Shown: in pieces, positions 9,509-20,650 of the stretch
How the letters are laid out: every line of letters begins with the position of its first letter
Numbering within the stretch: position 1 is the first letter of the stretch
Origin: Terriglobales bacterium
Lineage (GTDB): Bacteria > Acidobacteriota > Terriglobia > Terriglobales > Acidobacteriaceae
NCBI GenBank assembly: GCA_035651995.1
Contig: DASRER010000008.1
Coordinates: 4,065-68,064, forward strand
Reading direction: 5' to 3'
Length of the DNA stretch: 64,000 nucleotides
Notes under the pieces: model-generated
What the model saw: only the letters and a program-made list of their open reading frames with translations
Told to the model about the DNA's origin: nothing
Database searches by the model: none
Translations under genes and position numbers: made by a program

Positions 9509-11008
9509 GTGTCGATGTCACGGAGAACACGCAGAAGGTTCATCCGGGACTCAATTAAAACGCTAGGCGCCGCCATGGCAGCCGGACTGCCGCTACCATC
9601 GATGGCGAGCCAGCCAAGACGCCCTCGGCACCCGAACGTTCTGTTGATTATTACCGACCAGCAGCGCACCGATACGTTGGGATATCGCAGGCTCACCCCG
9701 TGCCGGACACCCAACTTGGATCACCTTGCCGCCGAGGGCGCTTCATTCGACCGCTGCCTCACGCCGACGCCGATCTGCTTGCCCGCGCGGACGGCATTGT
9801 TCACGTCGCAATACGGACATCAGACAGAAACCGTGCGGAACACGGACACGCTGACCGCCGAACCCATTCTTCTTACGAGGCTGAAGGCTAACGGGTATCA
9901 AGTCGACTACGCGGGGAAGTGGGGAATGGGGAAGTCCATTCCGAGCGGCTGGGTTGACCGCGCAGAAGCGAATGACACTGCCGAGTACAGCCGGTGGTGC
10001 GCGGAACAAGGCCTGGAAGATGGCTGGGCGTTCAACGATCCGAAGATGCATTCGCGGCGCGAAGACGTTTCCAGTCCTGCCACTGCGGTAAGTTCACTCA
10101 AGCCAGAGCAGACAAATGAAGCCTGGACGGTAGACCATGCGATCAAGCTTCTTAATACGCGCGATCGCAACCGGCCTTTTTTCTTGACCTGCGCGTTCCA
10201 AGGTCCGCACCCGCCCTTCAAGATTCCGGAGCCGTACTACAGCATGTACGATCCGGCGAGCATACCTGAGCCGAAAAACTTTGGGCCGACGCCGGGAGAG
10301 CCGGCCGCACTTTCACGCAGCTTTTATCGAACTGTATGGCGCGACCACGGCACCAGCTGGGGCGCATGGCGCAAGAGCGTCGCCGTGTATTGGGGGTTCG
10401 TGACGATGATTGATGCCCAGATCGGGCGACTCGTTGAACGGCTGCGCAGTGAAGGAATTCTCGACGAGACGCTGGTGGTTATGACAGCCGATCACGGCGA
10501 GCTGATGGGATCGCACGGGTTGTGGATGAAGTATCAAGCCTACGAAGAGTCCCTTCGCGTCCCATTGATCATCCGCGCGCCCTGGCTGTTCAAGCCGGGA
10601 TTGCGGACCCGGACCCCCTCTTCCCTGATCGACATTGCGCCCACTGTGCTTGCGGCCTGCGGTGTTGCTTCTCCAGCTGCGGTTCAGGGCGTCGATTTGT
10701 TTTCGTCAACGCGATCTGGTGGTCCGCGCCTGTTGTTCAGCGAGTTCACTCCTAAGGCGGATTGGCATGGTGTCGTCGACTGGCGGCTGGTCACCGACGA
10801 TCACTACAAGTACGTTTGGAATCAAGGCGACATCGACGAATGTTACGACCTCTCGGTCGATCCTTACGAGCTCACGAATCTGGCTAGGACAACGGCAAAA
10901 AAGGCCGTACTCCGTCGGCTTCAAGGAGAGCTGCGGGACTGGATGCGGCGAACCCGGGATCCACTGCTCGCAGACTTTCAAAGATCGCTTGCGAATGCAG
11001 CTGCATGA
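9509..11008 (+). CDS. Tat-exported Cys-type sulfatase
   Basis: 499 aa. Twin-arginine leader SRRTRRRFIRDS, PNVLLIITDQQRTD, a CxPxR FGly motif (CLPAR) and ADHGELMGSHGLW. Confidence 0.9.
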   Translation: MSMSRRTRRRFIRDSIKTLGAAMAAGLPLPSMASQPRRPRHPNVLLIITDQQRTDTLGYRRLTPCRTPNLDHLAAEGASFDRCLTPTPICLPARTALFTSQYGHQTETVRNTDTLTAEPILLTRLKANGYQVDYAGKWGMGKSIPSGWVDRAEANDTAEYSRWCAEQGLEDGWAFNDPKMHSRREDVSSPATAVSSLKPEQTNEAWTVDHAIKLLNTRDRNRPFFLTCAFQGPHPPFKIPEPYYSMYDPASIPEPKNFGPTPGEPAALSRSFYRTVWRDHGTSWGAWRKSVAVYWGFVTMIDAQIGRLVERLRSEGILDETLVVMTADHGELMGSHGLWMKYQAYEESLRVPLIIRAPWLFKPGLRTRTPSSLIDIAPTVLAACGVASPAAVQGVDLFSSTRSGGPRLLFSEFTPKADWHGVVDWRLVTDDHYKYVWNQGDIDECYDLSVDPYELTNLARTTAKKAVLRRLQGELRDWMRRTRDPLLADFQRSLANAAA

Positions 11009-11076
11009 AGACAGAAGTTAGAGCCTTAGGTGTGAAGTTTGGGATCTTGTGTACGGGTTTTGGTTCCGATCAATAG

Positions 11077-11916
11077 ATGGACGAGGAGGTTCGAATCGTG
11101 TACCCACGCAACGTCACTAAGCAGAAACTGAAGAATGGCGAACATGTGTTCGGAATCTCGATCGGGGAGATGCGGTCGATCACGCTGCCCAAGATCCTGG
11201 CCGGGCTCGGATTCGATTTTCTCTTTCTCGATATGGAGCACGGCGCGGAGGGGTGGGAGACGATCAGCGAGTTGGTGTGGGCCAGCCGCTGTGCCGGGAT
11301 AGCGCCGATTGTGCGGGTTCCCGACACGGAGCGCTTTTACATCAGCCGGGCGCTCGACATCGGCGCCCAGGGCGTTATCGTTCCGCGGGTGGAGACAGGC
11401 GAGCAAGTGGACACCATCGTTGGGTACTGCAAGTATCCGCCTGAAGGGGATCGCGGCGCCGCCCTGGGTGGCCGCCACAGTGAGTTTCAGCCGATTGGCG
11501 ATCCACGCACGGCGATGCAGCAGGCCAACGATGAAATTCTGGTCTGCATTCAGATCGAGACGTTGCCAGGGCTGAACCGCGTGGAGGAACTGGCGAGCCG
11601 CCCGGGAGTTGACGTGCTGTTCGTGGGTCCACAGGACATGAGCATCGCGCTCGGGTTTCCGAACGAATGGAAGTCGGCTGCGCTCGATGAAGCTATTCGG
11701 AAAGTCGTGTCGGCTGCCGAGAGGACGAACCGGCAAGTCGGAATTCAGGGCCGCAATGTCGAGCTTTCCACCCGCTGGATGGGTTACGGCGTTCGCTTTG
11801 TCGTCTTCGGCAGCACTCTCATGTTGCTGACCGAAGCGGCACGTGCCGGGATGCAGGACTTGCGGCGCGTGGCTGCTGCGGGGCAAAGGGAGGCGCTGCG
11901 TGTCGGCGCAAAGTGA
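11077..11916 (+). CDS. HpcH/HpaI-family 2-keto-3-deoxy-acid aldolase
   Basis: 279 aa. GFDFLFLDMEHG, PIVRVP, ALDIGAQGVIVPRVET, YPPEGDRG and CIQIET are typical of class II HpcH/HpaI aldolases. Confidence 0.85.
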   Translation: MDEEVRIVYPRNVTKQKLKNGEHVFGISIGEMRSITLPKILAGLGFDFLFLDMEHGAEGWETISELVWASRCAGIAPIVRVPDTERFYISRALDIGAQGVIVPRVETGEQVDTIVGYCKYPPEGDRGAALGGRHSEFQPIGDPRTAMQQANDEILVCIQIETLPGLNRVEELASRPGVDVLFVGPQDMSIALGFPNEWKSAALDEAIRKVVSAAERTNRQVGIQGRNVELSTRWMGYGVRFVVFGSTLMLLTEAARAGMQDLRRVAAAGQREALRVGAK

Positions 11917-12916
11917 AGTCGAGGCCACCCTCACCGCATCAGTGGAGAAGAGTCTTCGCCAAGGCCGTGAGTGGCTCGCCGGCTTGATGGATTCGGACGG
12001 CAAGATCGCCGGCAACGAAGCCGCCTCTCTTTATTACAAGGTCCCCGTGGCACTCGCCCTAAGTGGCGATGTTCGCGGCGCGCTGCGCAGCCTGGACTGG
12101 ATCGCGAAGCACCTGCTCACAAAGGAAGGCGCGCTCTCAGTGCCGAAGGAGCAATCGGAGGGACGTGCTTACGATCGCGGCTGGATGATCTGGGGTGCGT
12201 CCCTGTGCCAGCGCTACGACATCGCACTGCGCCTCGCGAAAGACCTCCGCACATTTCAGAATTCGTCCACCGGAGGATTCTGGGACAGCAGGAAGGAGCT
12301 CGCGGAGGGCCGCGGCAGGCACCACGCCATGACCGTGGGGATGGCAGGCTGGGGGCTGCTGGCCGCCGGCCGCGTGCAGGAAGCCAGACGCGCCGGCGAC
12401 TTTCTGATTGACTTGCTTGACCTTCAGCCGGCGAAGTGCGACCGGATCGCGTTGACAGTGCAAGCGACGAGGGACGGCCAGCAGCAGCTAGATCAGTCGG
12501 AAGATCCGAGCGACTACGTGGATTGCACGGCGGTCAGGCAGCGGCCTGCCCGCATCGGGCCGGCACAGGTACTGCTGGTGCGACTCTTCCAGTTGCTGGG
12601 GGATGAGCGCTATTTGAAGGCGGCCTGGGGCTATACGCTGCCGTTCCTGGATGGCCCAACCGGCATTTACGATTGCGTTGAATCTCACAAATTCCTGTGG
12701 GGCGTGCTCGAGTTGCACCGCGTGAATCCCGAGCCAAGACTTCGCGCAGCGGCGGAACGGAGTGTGGAGTACATCCTCTCGCGGCAGCGGTCCGATGGAC
12801 AGTGGCTTGCCGACGCGACCGGCGGCGGTGCTCAAGAGCAGTCGCTGGACCTGCGCTTGAATACGACTTGCAACGTTCTTGTGGGCTTCGCCCGCTACCT
12901 CCACCTCGCGGCATGA
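11843..12916 (+). CDS. alpha/alpha-toroid protein with QW motif (paralogue of the 3..545 product)
   Basis: The ORF opens at 11843. GTG 11900 is an equally plausible start, and either start overlaps the aldolase stop. YLKAAWGYTL...HKFLWGVLEL...VEYILSRQRSDGQW aligns with ORF 3..545. Confidence 0.6.
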   Translation: MPGCRTCGAWLLRGKGRRCVSAQSEVEATLTASVEKSLRQGREWLAGLMDSDGKIAGNEAASLYYKVPVALALSGDVRGALRSLDWIAKHLLTKEGALSVPKEQSEGRAYDRGWMIWGASLCQRYDIALRLAKDLRTFQNSSTGGFWDSRKELAEGRGRHHAMTVGMAGWGLLAAGRVQEARRAGDFLIDLLDLQPAKCDRIALTVQATRDGQQQLDQSEDPSDYVDCTAVRQRPARIGPAQVLLVRLFQLLGDERYLKAAWGYTLPFLDGPTGIYDCVESHKFLWGVLELHRVNPEPRLRAAAERSVEYILSRQRSDGQWLADATGGGAQEQSLDLRLNTTCNVLVGFARYLHLAA

Positions 12917-12940
12917 ACGCCCCCTAGGGGCACAAGTGGA

Positions 12941-14485
12941 TTGCCCTCGATGAGCGCGATGGTTGCGAGCTCTCAGAGAGCTGCATCTCAAGTCGGAATT
13001 GACATCCTGCGAAGCGGCGGCAATGCCGCTGATGCGGCGGTGGCGATGGCGGCAGCCCTCAACGTTACCGAGCCGTGTTCCACGGGCATCGGCGGCGACT
13101 GCTTCGCGCTTTATTACTCTGGGGGACAACTGACGGCACTGAATGGCTCGGGTCGTGCGCCCGCGGCTCTCACACGGGACCGCATCTCCAAGTTGTCGCT
13201 ATTTGATGCGAATTCGGTCACTGTTCCCGGCGCGTGTGCGGCATGGTTCGACTTGATCGCGCGCCATGGTTCGCTGCCGATGAAAGAGCTGTTGGCCCCA
13301 GCCATTCGGCTCGCGGAGGAGGGTTTTCAGGTCGAGCCGATCACGGCGCACTTCTGGAATGAAGGACTCCACTGCCTTACATCGCCGGAACTCACGATTG
13401 GCGGCCGCGCTCCGAAAGCGGGTGAAACGTTTAGAAATCCGGGACTTGCAAGGACCTTTCGCGCAATCGCTGACGACGGCCCAGAGGTGTTCTACCGAGG
13501 TCCAATCGCCGCAGCTATCGTCAAGGTGCTGCGTGAACGCGGGGCCGCGATGGCAATGGTGGATCTGGCGGCGCACGAGTCCAGCTGGGAAGACCCGATC
13601 AGCACGCCTTTTCGCGGAATGCGGGTGTGGGAATGCCCACCCAATGGGCAGGGAATCGCGGCATTGCTCGCGTTGAATATTTTCGACCAGTTCGACGCGC
13701 AGGGTGTGGAGCGATGGCATGTGATGATCGAAGCGATGCGGCTCGCATTCGAGGACGCGTGCTGGTACGTAGCCGACCCTGCGTTCTCCCCGACTCCAGT
13801 TGAAGAACTTCTTTCTCGTGAGTATGCGGCGGAGCGCGCGACCCTGATCCGGCTGGATGGCGTGCTCAGCAATGTCGGACCCGGCGCGCCGGTGTCGTGC
13901 GACACAACATACCTGTGTGTGGTTGACCAGCACGGGAACGCGTGCTCATTCATCAACAGTAACTACTTGGGATTCGGCACCGGCATTATTCCTGTCGGTT
14001 GGGGCTTCACGCTTCAGAACCGAGGATGCACATTCACGCTGGAGCCTGGACATGTGAATGAATTGGCTCCGCGTAAACGGCCGTACCACACCATCATCCC
14101 TGGCATGCTGACAAATGAATCCGATGGTACGCTGCTTGGCCCGTTTGGGGTCATGGGCGGATACATGCAACCACAAGGACACCTTCAAGTCATTGCATCG
14201 CTCAGCGATGGCCTTTCGCCGCAGGAGGCGATTGATCGGCCGAGATTTCGACTGGACCCTGCCTCGGCCAACGGAAAGGTCTATATCGAGGAAGGCATGG
14301 ACACTGACATCGCGAACGGCCTCCTCGAGCGCGGCCATGATGTGGTACTGAACATCGCCGGCTACGATCGCGTTATGTTCGGGCGCGGCCAAATCATCTG
14401 CCGACGCGAGGGGGGCAGTCTGGTTGGCGGCAGCGATTCACGCGCTGACGGCTGCTGGATGGAAATGGCGGACGAACAAGCATGA
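12941..14485 (+). CDS. gamma-glutamyltransferase-family Ntn hydrolase, no signal peptide
   Basis: 514 aa. GGNAADAAVAMAAALNVTEPCSTGIGGDCFALYY, the autoprocessing/nucleophile Thr context DTTYLCVVDQHGNACSFINSN, and GFGTG. Confidence 0.85.
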   Translation: MPSMSAMVASSQRAASQVGIDILRSGGNAADAAVAMAAALNVTEPCSTGIGGDCFALYYSGGQLTALNGSGRAPAALTRDRISKLSLFDANSVTVPGACAAWFDLIARHGSLPMKELLAPAIRLAEEGFQVEPITAHFWNEGLHCLTSPELTIGGRAPKAGETFRNPGLARTFRAIADDGPEVFYRGPIAAAIVKVLRERGAAMAMVDLAAHESSWEDPISTPFRGMRVWECPPNGQGIAALLALNIFDQFDAQGVERWHVMIEAMRLAFEDACWYVADPAFSPTPVEELLSREYAAERATLIRLDGVLSNVGPGAPVSCDTTYLCVVDQHGNACSFINSNYLGFGTGIIPVGWGFTLQNRGCTFTLEPGHVNELAPRKRPYHTIIPGMLTNESDGTLLGPFGVMGGYMQPQGHLQVIASLSDGLSPQEAIDRPRFRLDPASANGKVYIEEGMDTDIANGLLERGHDVVLNIAGYDRVMFGRGQIICRREGGSLVGGSDSRADGCWMEMADEQA

Positions 14486-17355
14486 CGGGCATCTACCGCG
14501 CCTGCATCCGTACCTGCGTAGCCATCGGGCTTGCGTCCATGGGGATGATGAACAGCAAGCCAGTTCCGTTGGTATGGAATCAATCGTCATTCGAGGACTT
14601 CCGGAAAGGACGATTGGAAGACGGAGGCGCAAACACCTATGTTTCCCATCTGGGCCGGATTCAGCTCGTACATAGTTGGGACCTCAATGGAGACGGGAAC
14701 CTTGACATTGTTTTCGCGAATACGCATTCGCAAACGGAGAAGCTCGATGCGGTGATTTATTGGGGTAATGGCCACGACTTCGACAATCGGCGCTCCTCTC
14801 CGCTGCCAAATGACGGTGCGCAATGGACGGTGGCCGCGGATCTGGATGGCGATGGGGTATCCGAGTTCATCGTTCCAAACTACACGAATGGCACCTGGGA
14901 TGGCATGCCGTCCTACGTGTATCGCGGTGACTGGTCCGCTTACAGGAAGTCCGACCTGAAGAAGGGCACGGACGTTTCCCACCTGCTGGGGCGGACCGAG
15001 CTTCCCACGCGCGCGGCGCAGCTAGCCGCAGTCGGCGACCTGAATCGCGACGGCCACATGGACATTGTTTTTGCGCAATCAGCCGGCTTTTGGGAGTACC
15101 GCGCGGGAGGCGCTCGAGGTGATGCGTACCTGTCGCCAAGCAGGATTTATTGGGGAGGAAGCGCGGGCTTCGACAAGGCACGGTTTACCGACCTGGAAGC
15201 AGCAGGCGCGACTGCCGTTGCGATTGCCGATCTGGATCGCGACGGCTGGCCCGACGTGGTCCTTGCGAATCGCGAGCGAGACGGCAACTTTGAGGTGGAC
15301 TCTTTTGTCTATTGGGGCAGCGAGAAGGGGTACAGCAAGGAGAGGCGATCCGCCCTGCCGACCAACCAAGTGAACGCGGTGCAAGTCGCCGACGTGAACG
15401 GCGATGGCTACCAGGACATCGTTTTCGCCAACGGACGCGGTCCAGCGAGCTATGTCTACCTGAGCGATCGAGGGCATTTCGATCTGGCACGCCGGATTGA
15501 ACTGCCGAGCAGCGACGCACGAGGCTGCGTGGCCGTGGACTTCAATGGCGACGGGTTTGTGGATATTTTCATTGCCAATCACGAGAGGGCCGGAAACCCG
15601 TTCACCCTGTCGTACCTGTATTGGGGCGGCAAGGATGGGTTTTCGCCGAAGCGACGCCAGTCCTTTCAGACGATTGGTGCTTGGGGAGTTTCTACGGCTG
15701 ATCTCAACGGCGACGGTAGACTCGACCTGGTCGTTTCCAACTATGGCGAGCACTACTCGTACGACGTGGCGTCTTACATCTATTGGAACTCGCCGAGTGG
15801 CTTCAGCGACAGCCTCAGAACGTCCATCTTCACTCACGGCGCCGTAGGCAACACAATCGGCGACTTTGATGGCGACGGTCACCTCGACATTCTGTTCAAC
15901 AACACCATGAGCGGAAGCCGCGGTCTGGGATCAGGTTCCGTCCAGGTGTACTGGGGAAACCCGGCAGGGCAGTTTTCTGTAAGGGACCGGATCGAATTAC
16001 CGGCACTGGATCCCTACCAGTGGGCGGCGGCGGACTTGAACGGCGACGGTTGGCCCGACCTGCTCGTCGCGAACATGGACGAGGTTGGGCGCAAGCTTAC
16101 TGAAAGCTTTATCTATTGGGGTAGTCCGGAAGGATTCAGTGTAGAACGGCGTTCGGCGCTGGTAAGTCCGGCAACGTGCGGTGTCGGCGTCGCCGACCTG
16201 GACCGCGACGGATACCTCGACGTGATCTTCTACACCCGCGATCCGGATCCAAAACTGGGCATCATCATTTATTGGGGAGGACCGAATGGTTTCGTTACTA
16301 CGGAGCGCACCGGGCTGCCCAACTACGGTTCGGGCACCGTGAAAATCGCGGACCTGAACCATGATGGGTTTCTTGACATCGTCGGACATTCCAATTCGGC
16401 GGCCCACACGGCGGTCGTCTACTGGGGCGATGGCACACGCAACTACAATGCAGAGCGCTCGTTTTCCGTGCCGGGCAGCGAAGGCGCGTCGAATTCCGAG
16501 ATTGCCGATCTGAACCGCGATGGATATCTGGACCTGATTTTGACGCGCAGCGTCTGGAAGAACGACCGTCGAGCCACATCGTTTGTTTACTACGGGAATG
16601 CGCGCGGCGTGTTTGGCGCAGACAATCGCCAGGAATTTGAAACGGTCGGGACGCAGGAGGTCACCGTGGGAGACCTCAACGGCGATGGATGGCTCGACGT
16701 TGTCTGCCCGAATTACAACAACAATCAGAGCCGGGCGACCCTCTCCCGTGTTTACTTCGGCGGCCCGAACGGGCTAAGTGCAAGGTCTATGTTGCAACTT
16801 CCAACTAACGGCGGCACGGGAAGCCAGATCGCCGATTACAATCACGACGGCTACAACGACCTGCTGCTCACCTGCCATAGGTCCGAGGGGGATCCACGCC
16901 GTGTCGGCATCTTCGGCGAGCATCAGACAGACACCTTTCTATATTGGGGCAGCGCACACGGCCTTTCGCCAGCACGCCGGCTCCTGATCCCGTCGAAGGG
17001 CGCTCACTATGACAGCGGCGTGGATCTGGGCAACATCTACGATCGCAGTTTCCAGTTTGGATACGTCTCCCAAGCATTTGAATTCCAGCACAGGGCCGGT
17101 GGGCGCATCGAATGGGTCGCGCGTGAGCGGCGCGGCAGCAAGGTGCGCTTCCAGGTGCGCACTGCCGCAACCGCGGAGGCGCTTGAAAGGGCAGTTTGGA
17201 CCGGTCCGCGTGGCGTCGGCAGCTACTACGAGGTCAGCGGCAGCCCCCTGCATGTGAATGCGGAGCACTCCTGGATCCAATATCGCGCCGTGCTCGTTTC
17301 GCCAAACGGCTCCACATCGCCCGCATTGCAGCAGGTTCGCCTCACATTTCAATAG
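14482..17355 (+). CDS. FG-GAP repeat protein (14 repeats, predicted double 7-bladed beta-propeller) with C-terminal beta-sandwich-like domain
   Basis: 957 aa. I count 14 copies of the D(L/V/F)(N/D)xDGxxD(I/V/L) motif (DLNGDGNLDIVFAN ... DYNHDGYNDLLLTC). Most copies are followed by a (Y/I)YWGxxxGF...R..LP segment. The start ATG overlaps the GGT stop (ATGA). Confidence 0.8.
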   Translation: MTGIYRACIRTCVAIGLASMGMMNSKPVPLVWNQSSFEDFRKGRLEDGGANTYVSHLGRIQLVHSWDLNGDGNLDIVFANTHSQTEKLDAVIYWGNGHDFDNRRSSPLPNDGAQWTVAADLDGDGVSEFIVPNYTNGTWDGMPSYVYRGDWSAYRKSDLKKGTDVSHLLGRTELPTRAAQLAAVGDLNRDGHMDIVFAQSAGFWEYRAGGARGDAYLSPSRIYWGGSAGFDKARFTDLEAAGATAVAIADLDRDGWPDVVLANRERDGNFEVDSFVYWGSEKGYSKERRSALPTNQVNAVQVADVNGDGYQDIVFANGRGPASYVYLSDRGHFDLARRIELPSSDARGCVAVDFNGDGFVDIFIANHERAGNPFTLSYLYWGGKDGFSPKRRQSFQTIGAWGVSTADLNGDGRLDLVVSNYGEHYSYDVASYIYWNSPSGFSDSLRTSIFTHGAVGNTIGDFDGDGHLDILFNNTMSGSRGLGSGSVQVYWGNPAGQFSVRDRIELPALDPYQWAAADLNGDGWPDLLVANMDEVGRKLTESFIYWGSPEGFSVERRSALVSPATCGVGVADLDRDGYLDVIFYTRDPDPKLGIIIYWGGPNGFVTTERTGLPNYGSGTVKIADLNHDGFLDIVGHSNSAAHTAVVYWGDGTRNYNAERSFSVPGSEGASNSEIADLNRDGYLDLILTRSVWKNDRRATSFVYYGNARGVFGADNRQEFETVGTQEVTVGDLNGDGWLDVVCPNYNNNQSRATLSRVYFGGPNGLSARSMLQLPTNGGTGSQIADYNHDGYNDLLLTCHRSEGDPRRVGIFGEHQTDTFLYWGSAHGLSPARRLLIPSKGAHYDSGVDLGNIYDRSFQFGYVSQAFEFQHRAGGRIEWVARERRGSKVRFQVRTAATAEALERAVWTGPRGVGSYYEVSGSPLHVNAEHSWIQYRAVLVSPNGSTSPALQQVRLTFQ

Positions 17356-17490
17356 CTCTTCAATCGAGCACACCACAATGCAATCATCTTAGGCGGTTTT
17401 CACGGGTTTCTTGGTTCCACATGACGGGATACAGGGCAGGGAAGAACTCTGTGTGTGTAGCATGAGCGGGAACGAAGGCGACGAGGTGAG

Positions 17491-20400
17491 TTGATGAAGC
17501 GTCGTGACTTTTTCCAGGGTGGCATCGCTTCGCTGGTGGGCCTCTCCGGATTGCTGCGCGCAAGCAACTGGCAGGCGGCGCCAGCCACAGAAATGCCGCC
17601 CCCCGCAAAGGCCCCTGGCACCTACAGCACAGCGGAGCGCCACCTATTGGGATGGGGCTGGAGAGAAGCTCCGCATGGACAAACCCTGGCGAGCGACGTG
17701 CTTGGCCAGCTGGTTGGAGGCGACCCTGCGCGACCGCATTACGGCTTGTACGGCCCCAACGGCGGCGCCAATGACCGCGGCTTTTTCTTCTACGCCGCGA
17801 TGGGACGCACCGATACCGTCACCGGCTTGGCCGCCCACCTCGGCCTTCGCAAACTTGCCGTGCCGGACACCTGGAACCATCGTGTGCTGCTGTTCGACCT
17901 GCGGTCGGATGGGTCGCTTGCGAGCCGTGTTGCCAGCGGCATCATCGGACAGGCGGCCTTCGACGCAAGAGAAATCGGCCAAGGCCCGGGCGGGCTGCAC
18001 TATCCCGCCGCGTGTACGTTCGATCCGAATGGCCGGTTCCTGTTTGTGGCCGACGAGCACAACAATCGCGTCCTGCAATACGACATGGCTTCGCTGCAGC
18101 GTGCCGTAAGGGTGTACGGCCAGCCTGACTTTGACTCGTGGGGCTACGATGCACAGCCGGGGGATCCAAATCGCGTCCTACGGGACTCGTTGCGCAGCCT
18201 TTATGGCTACGATGGCCCCTTCCCGTTGCATCGCCACCCGAGTCCTCGCGGGTTCTTTCTCCCCAGCGGATTGGCGTGCGACGGCAAGCGGTTGTTCGTC
18301 TCTGACTGCGACAACCATCGGGTACTCGTCTTCGACATCAGCGGTACGGAAAACGGGCCGGCGGCGATCGCTGTGCTCGGACAGCCCGACTTTGATGGAT
18401 TCAAGCCGAACCGAGGCGGTGCGGCGGGCCCGACGATCAAGCTGATGGCAAGCTCCGACCGGGAGAGCCTGAACAATTTCTACGGAAAACCAGGTCCGGA
18501 CACGATGCTGTTTCCAACCGGACTTGCCCTGGATCGCACGCATCGTTACCTCCTCGTCGCCGACTGCCAGAACGATCGCGCACTGGTATTCGACGTTGGC
18601 AAGGAGATCCGCAACGGCATGCCAGCGGTGGCTGTCGTACGAAAGAATGACGACGTTCCGGCTGAGTGGCGTCCCGCCGACAAGGACTTCAAGGGGATCG
18701 TGGACGTCGTGGTTGATGAGACCGATCGCGTTTTCGTATCGGACCGCAAGGGACTGAGAGTTCTTGTTTACAGTTTGGCATCGATTCTCAGCGGAAAACC
18801 CGCACCCGAGGCTGCACTCGGGCGCTTCGAGATGCTGACTGACTTGGAACAGGTGAAGGGCCTCGGCAAGGCGGAAGGACCTACCGGTCTGGCAATAGCC
18901 GGTCGGTTCTTGTACGTAGCGGAACCGCGTGCCAGCCGCGTTTTGTGCTACGACACATCGCACCCGGCTCGCCGTGCCGTGAATGTACTCGGCCAGTCGT
19001 ATGCTGGTGACTCGGCGCGACCAAGCTACAACCAGTACGGGCACAATGGCGGAGCCAATCCCTACGGTTTTAGTCTGATTGACGGCGTCCCTGGGATCTC
19101 GGTGAGCGAAGACGGCCAGTGGCTGCTGGCTTCGGACAGCGTAGGTGGCCGCGTGCTGTTCTTCCCGCTGGCCAGCGATGGACTGCCTCTGGATCGGTAC
19201 GCGCGTTTCACGCTGGGTGCACCAGACCTGACGACACAGGTTAGCAACTATGGCCCGGATCGCTTTGCCCGACCGTGTTCCAGCGTGATGACCGCAGATG
19301 GCCGGGTCTTCATCACCGACTTCAGCGGCGCACGAATTCTTTACTTCGAGCTACCAGGTCTGACGGCGGCGTCCGGGAAGGGTGCTCTCGATCCACTGCG
19401 GCCGAATTTGCCGTCGCCCGACGGCGCAACGGTTGCGGGAGGTGCTCCCGGCATGCGAGGAACCAAAGATAACCTCTTATTTCATAGTATCACATGCGGA
19501 GCTGCCGCGAAGGCCGTGCTCGGACAGGTGGACTTCTACACCAGTTTGCGAAACGCAGCATCGATCAGTCAGCTAGGAAAAGAAATCAGTGGATTGGCGT
19601 TCGACCGAAAGCGGGGCTGGCTCATCATCACTGATAAGCAGAACAATCGCGTAGTGATCATGGATGTTAGCAAAGGTGTGAAAACCTTTATGCCGGCTTT
19701 CGCGGTTCTCGGCCAGGCCGATTTTGACAGCAATGGCCCGTATCGCGGGAAGGCCATAAGTGACAACGATCACGACCGTGTCTTCATCGCGAACGACTCG
19801 ATGGGCGAGCGCGCCACCAAGCCCGCAGAAAAGAAAGTGCCCTGGCATCCCGCGGGATTGAAGGAACCCAAAGGCGCGGCGTACGACCATGTGACGCAGA
19901 TGTTTTTTGTGGTCAACGACGGGCGCGAGATCCTCGGATTTGATCTCTCCGGTCCGATCACCAACGGCATGGCGCCTGCCATTCGAATCGGCGGGGCGCA
20001 CTCAACCGTCGAAACCGACCTGCCATTTGTGGGCGAATGGCTGGGCATTGACGAGGAGCGACGGCGGCTGTGGTCCGACGGATTCGCCCTGGACATCTCC
20101 GGCAACATCCGGAAATCCGTTCCGCTGATTGGACAGCTTGGCGATGCCGCGGACCGAAGGAAGCGGCCCGAAATCGCGGAGCCGCACGGCGGTCCGAAAG
20201 CGGACCAGCTCGGTTACTCAGTGCCTGCATGCCATCGCTTCGGCGGAAACATCGACGCCCTCGCCGTCAATCCTCGAACGGGAACCGTCTACATGATGGA
20301 CAATGCTCGATTCCGCGTGCTGTGCTTTCAACCGGAATTCAAGTTCGACTCTGAACCGCTCAGGTTCACGATCGGCGCCCCAGCAATCGGCCTGACCGGA

Positions 20401-20595
20401 ACCGGCGGCATGGCACCGCTCAACTTCACCCTCAGCCAGGGCGCGCTTCCGCGAGGTCTGACGATCGACTCAAAAAACGGCGTCATCAGCGGTAATCCCT
20501 CGGACCGGCCCGGCGAGTATCGCGTTGAGATCAGCGTTAGGTCGGCGTCGGGAAACGTGCAGGGCGACCGTCACATAGTCTTGGAGAAGGCGTGA
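17491..20595 (+). CDS. Tat-exported NHL-repeat protein with C-terminal Ig-like (He_PIG-type) domain
   Basis: 1034 aa. Leader [14 protein letters not shown]. At least 10 NHL-like blades ([53 protein letters not shown] ...). C-terminal [27 protein letters not shown]. Confidence 0.8.
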   Translation: MMKRRDFFQGGIASLVGLSGLLRASNWQAAPATEMPPPAKAPGTYSTAERHLLGWGWREAPHGQTLASDVLGQLVGGDPARPHYGLYGPNGGANDRGFFFYAAMGRTDTVTGLAAHLGLRKLAVPDTWNHRVLLFDLRSDGSLASRVASGIIGQAAFDAREIGQGPGGLHYPAACTFDPNGRFLFVADEHNNRVLQYDMASLQRAVRVYGQPDFDSWGYDAQPGDPNRVLRDSLRSLYGYDGPFPLHRHPSPRGFFLPSGLACDGKRLFVSDCDNHRVLVFDISGTENGPAAIAVLGQPDFDGFKPNRGGAAGPTIKLMASSDRESLNNFYGKPGPDTMLFPTGLALDRTHRYLLVADCQNDRALVFDVGKEIRNGMPAVAVVRKNDDVPAEWRPADKDFKGIVDVVVDETDRVFVSDRKGLRVLVYSLASILSGKPAPEAALGRFEMLTDLEQVKGLGKAEGPTGLAIAGRFLYVAEPRASRVLCYDTSHPARRAVNVLGQSYAGDSARPSYNQYGHNGGANPYGFSLIDGVPGISVSEDGQWLLASDSVGGRVLFFPLASDGLPLDRYARFTLGAPDLTTQVSNYGPDRFARPCSSVMTADGRVFITDFSGARILYFELPGLTAASGKGALDPLRPNLPSPDGATVAGGAPGMRGTKDNLLFHSITCGAAAKAVLGQVDFYTSLRNAASISQLGKEISGLAFDRKRGWLIITDKQNNRVVIMDVSKGVKTFMPAFAVLGQADFDSNGPYRGKAISDNDHDRVFIANDSMGERATKPAEKKVPWHPAGLKEPKGAAYDHVTQMFFVVNDGREILGFDLSGPITNGMAPAIRIGGAHSTVETDLPFVGEWLGIDEERRRLWSDGFALDISGNIRKSVPLIGQLGDAADRRKRPEIAEPHGGPKADQLGYSVPACHRFGGNIDALAVNPRTGTVYMMDNARFRVLCFQPEFKFDSEPLRFTIGAPAIGLTGTGGMAPLNFTLSQGALPRGLTIDSKNGVISGNPSDRPGEYRVEISVRSASGNVQGDRHIVLEKA

Positions 20596-20650
20596 CGCCG
20601 CAAGCCTTCGCAAATGCGTTTCAACTCGGTTTCTGCGCGGAGGCCCTTTT

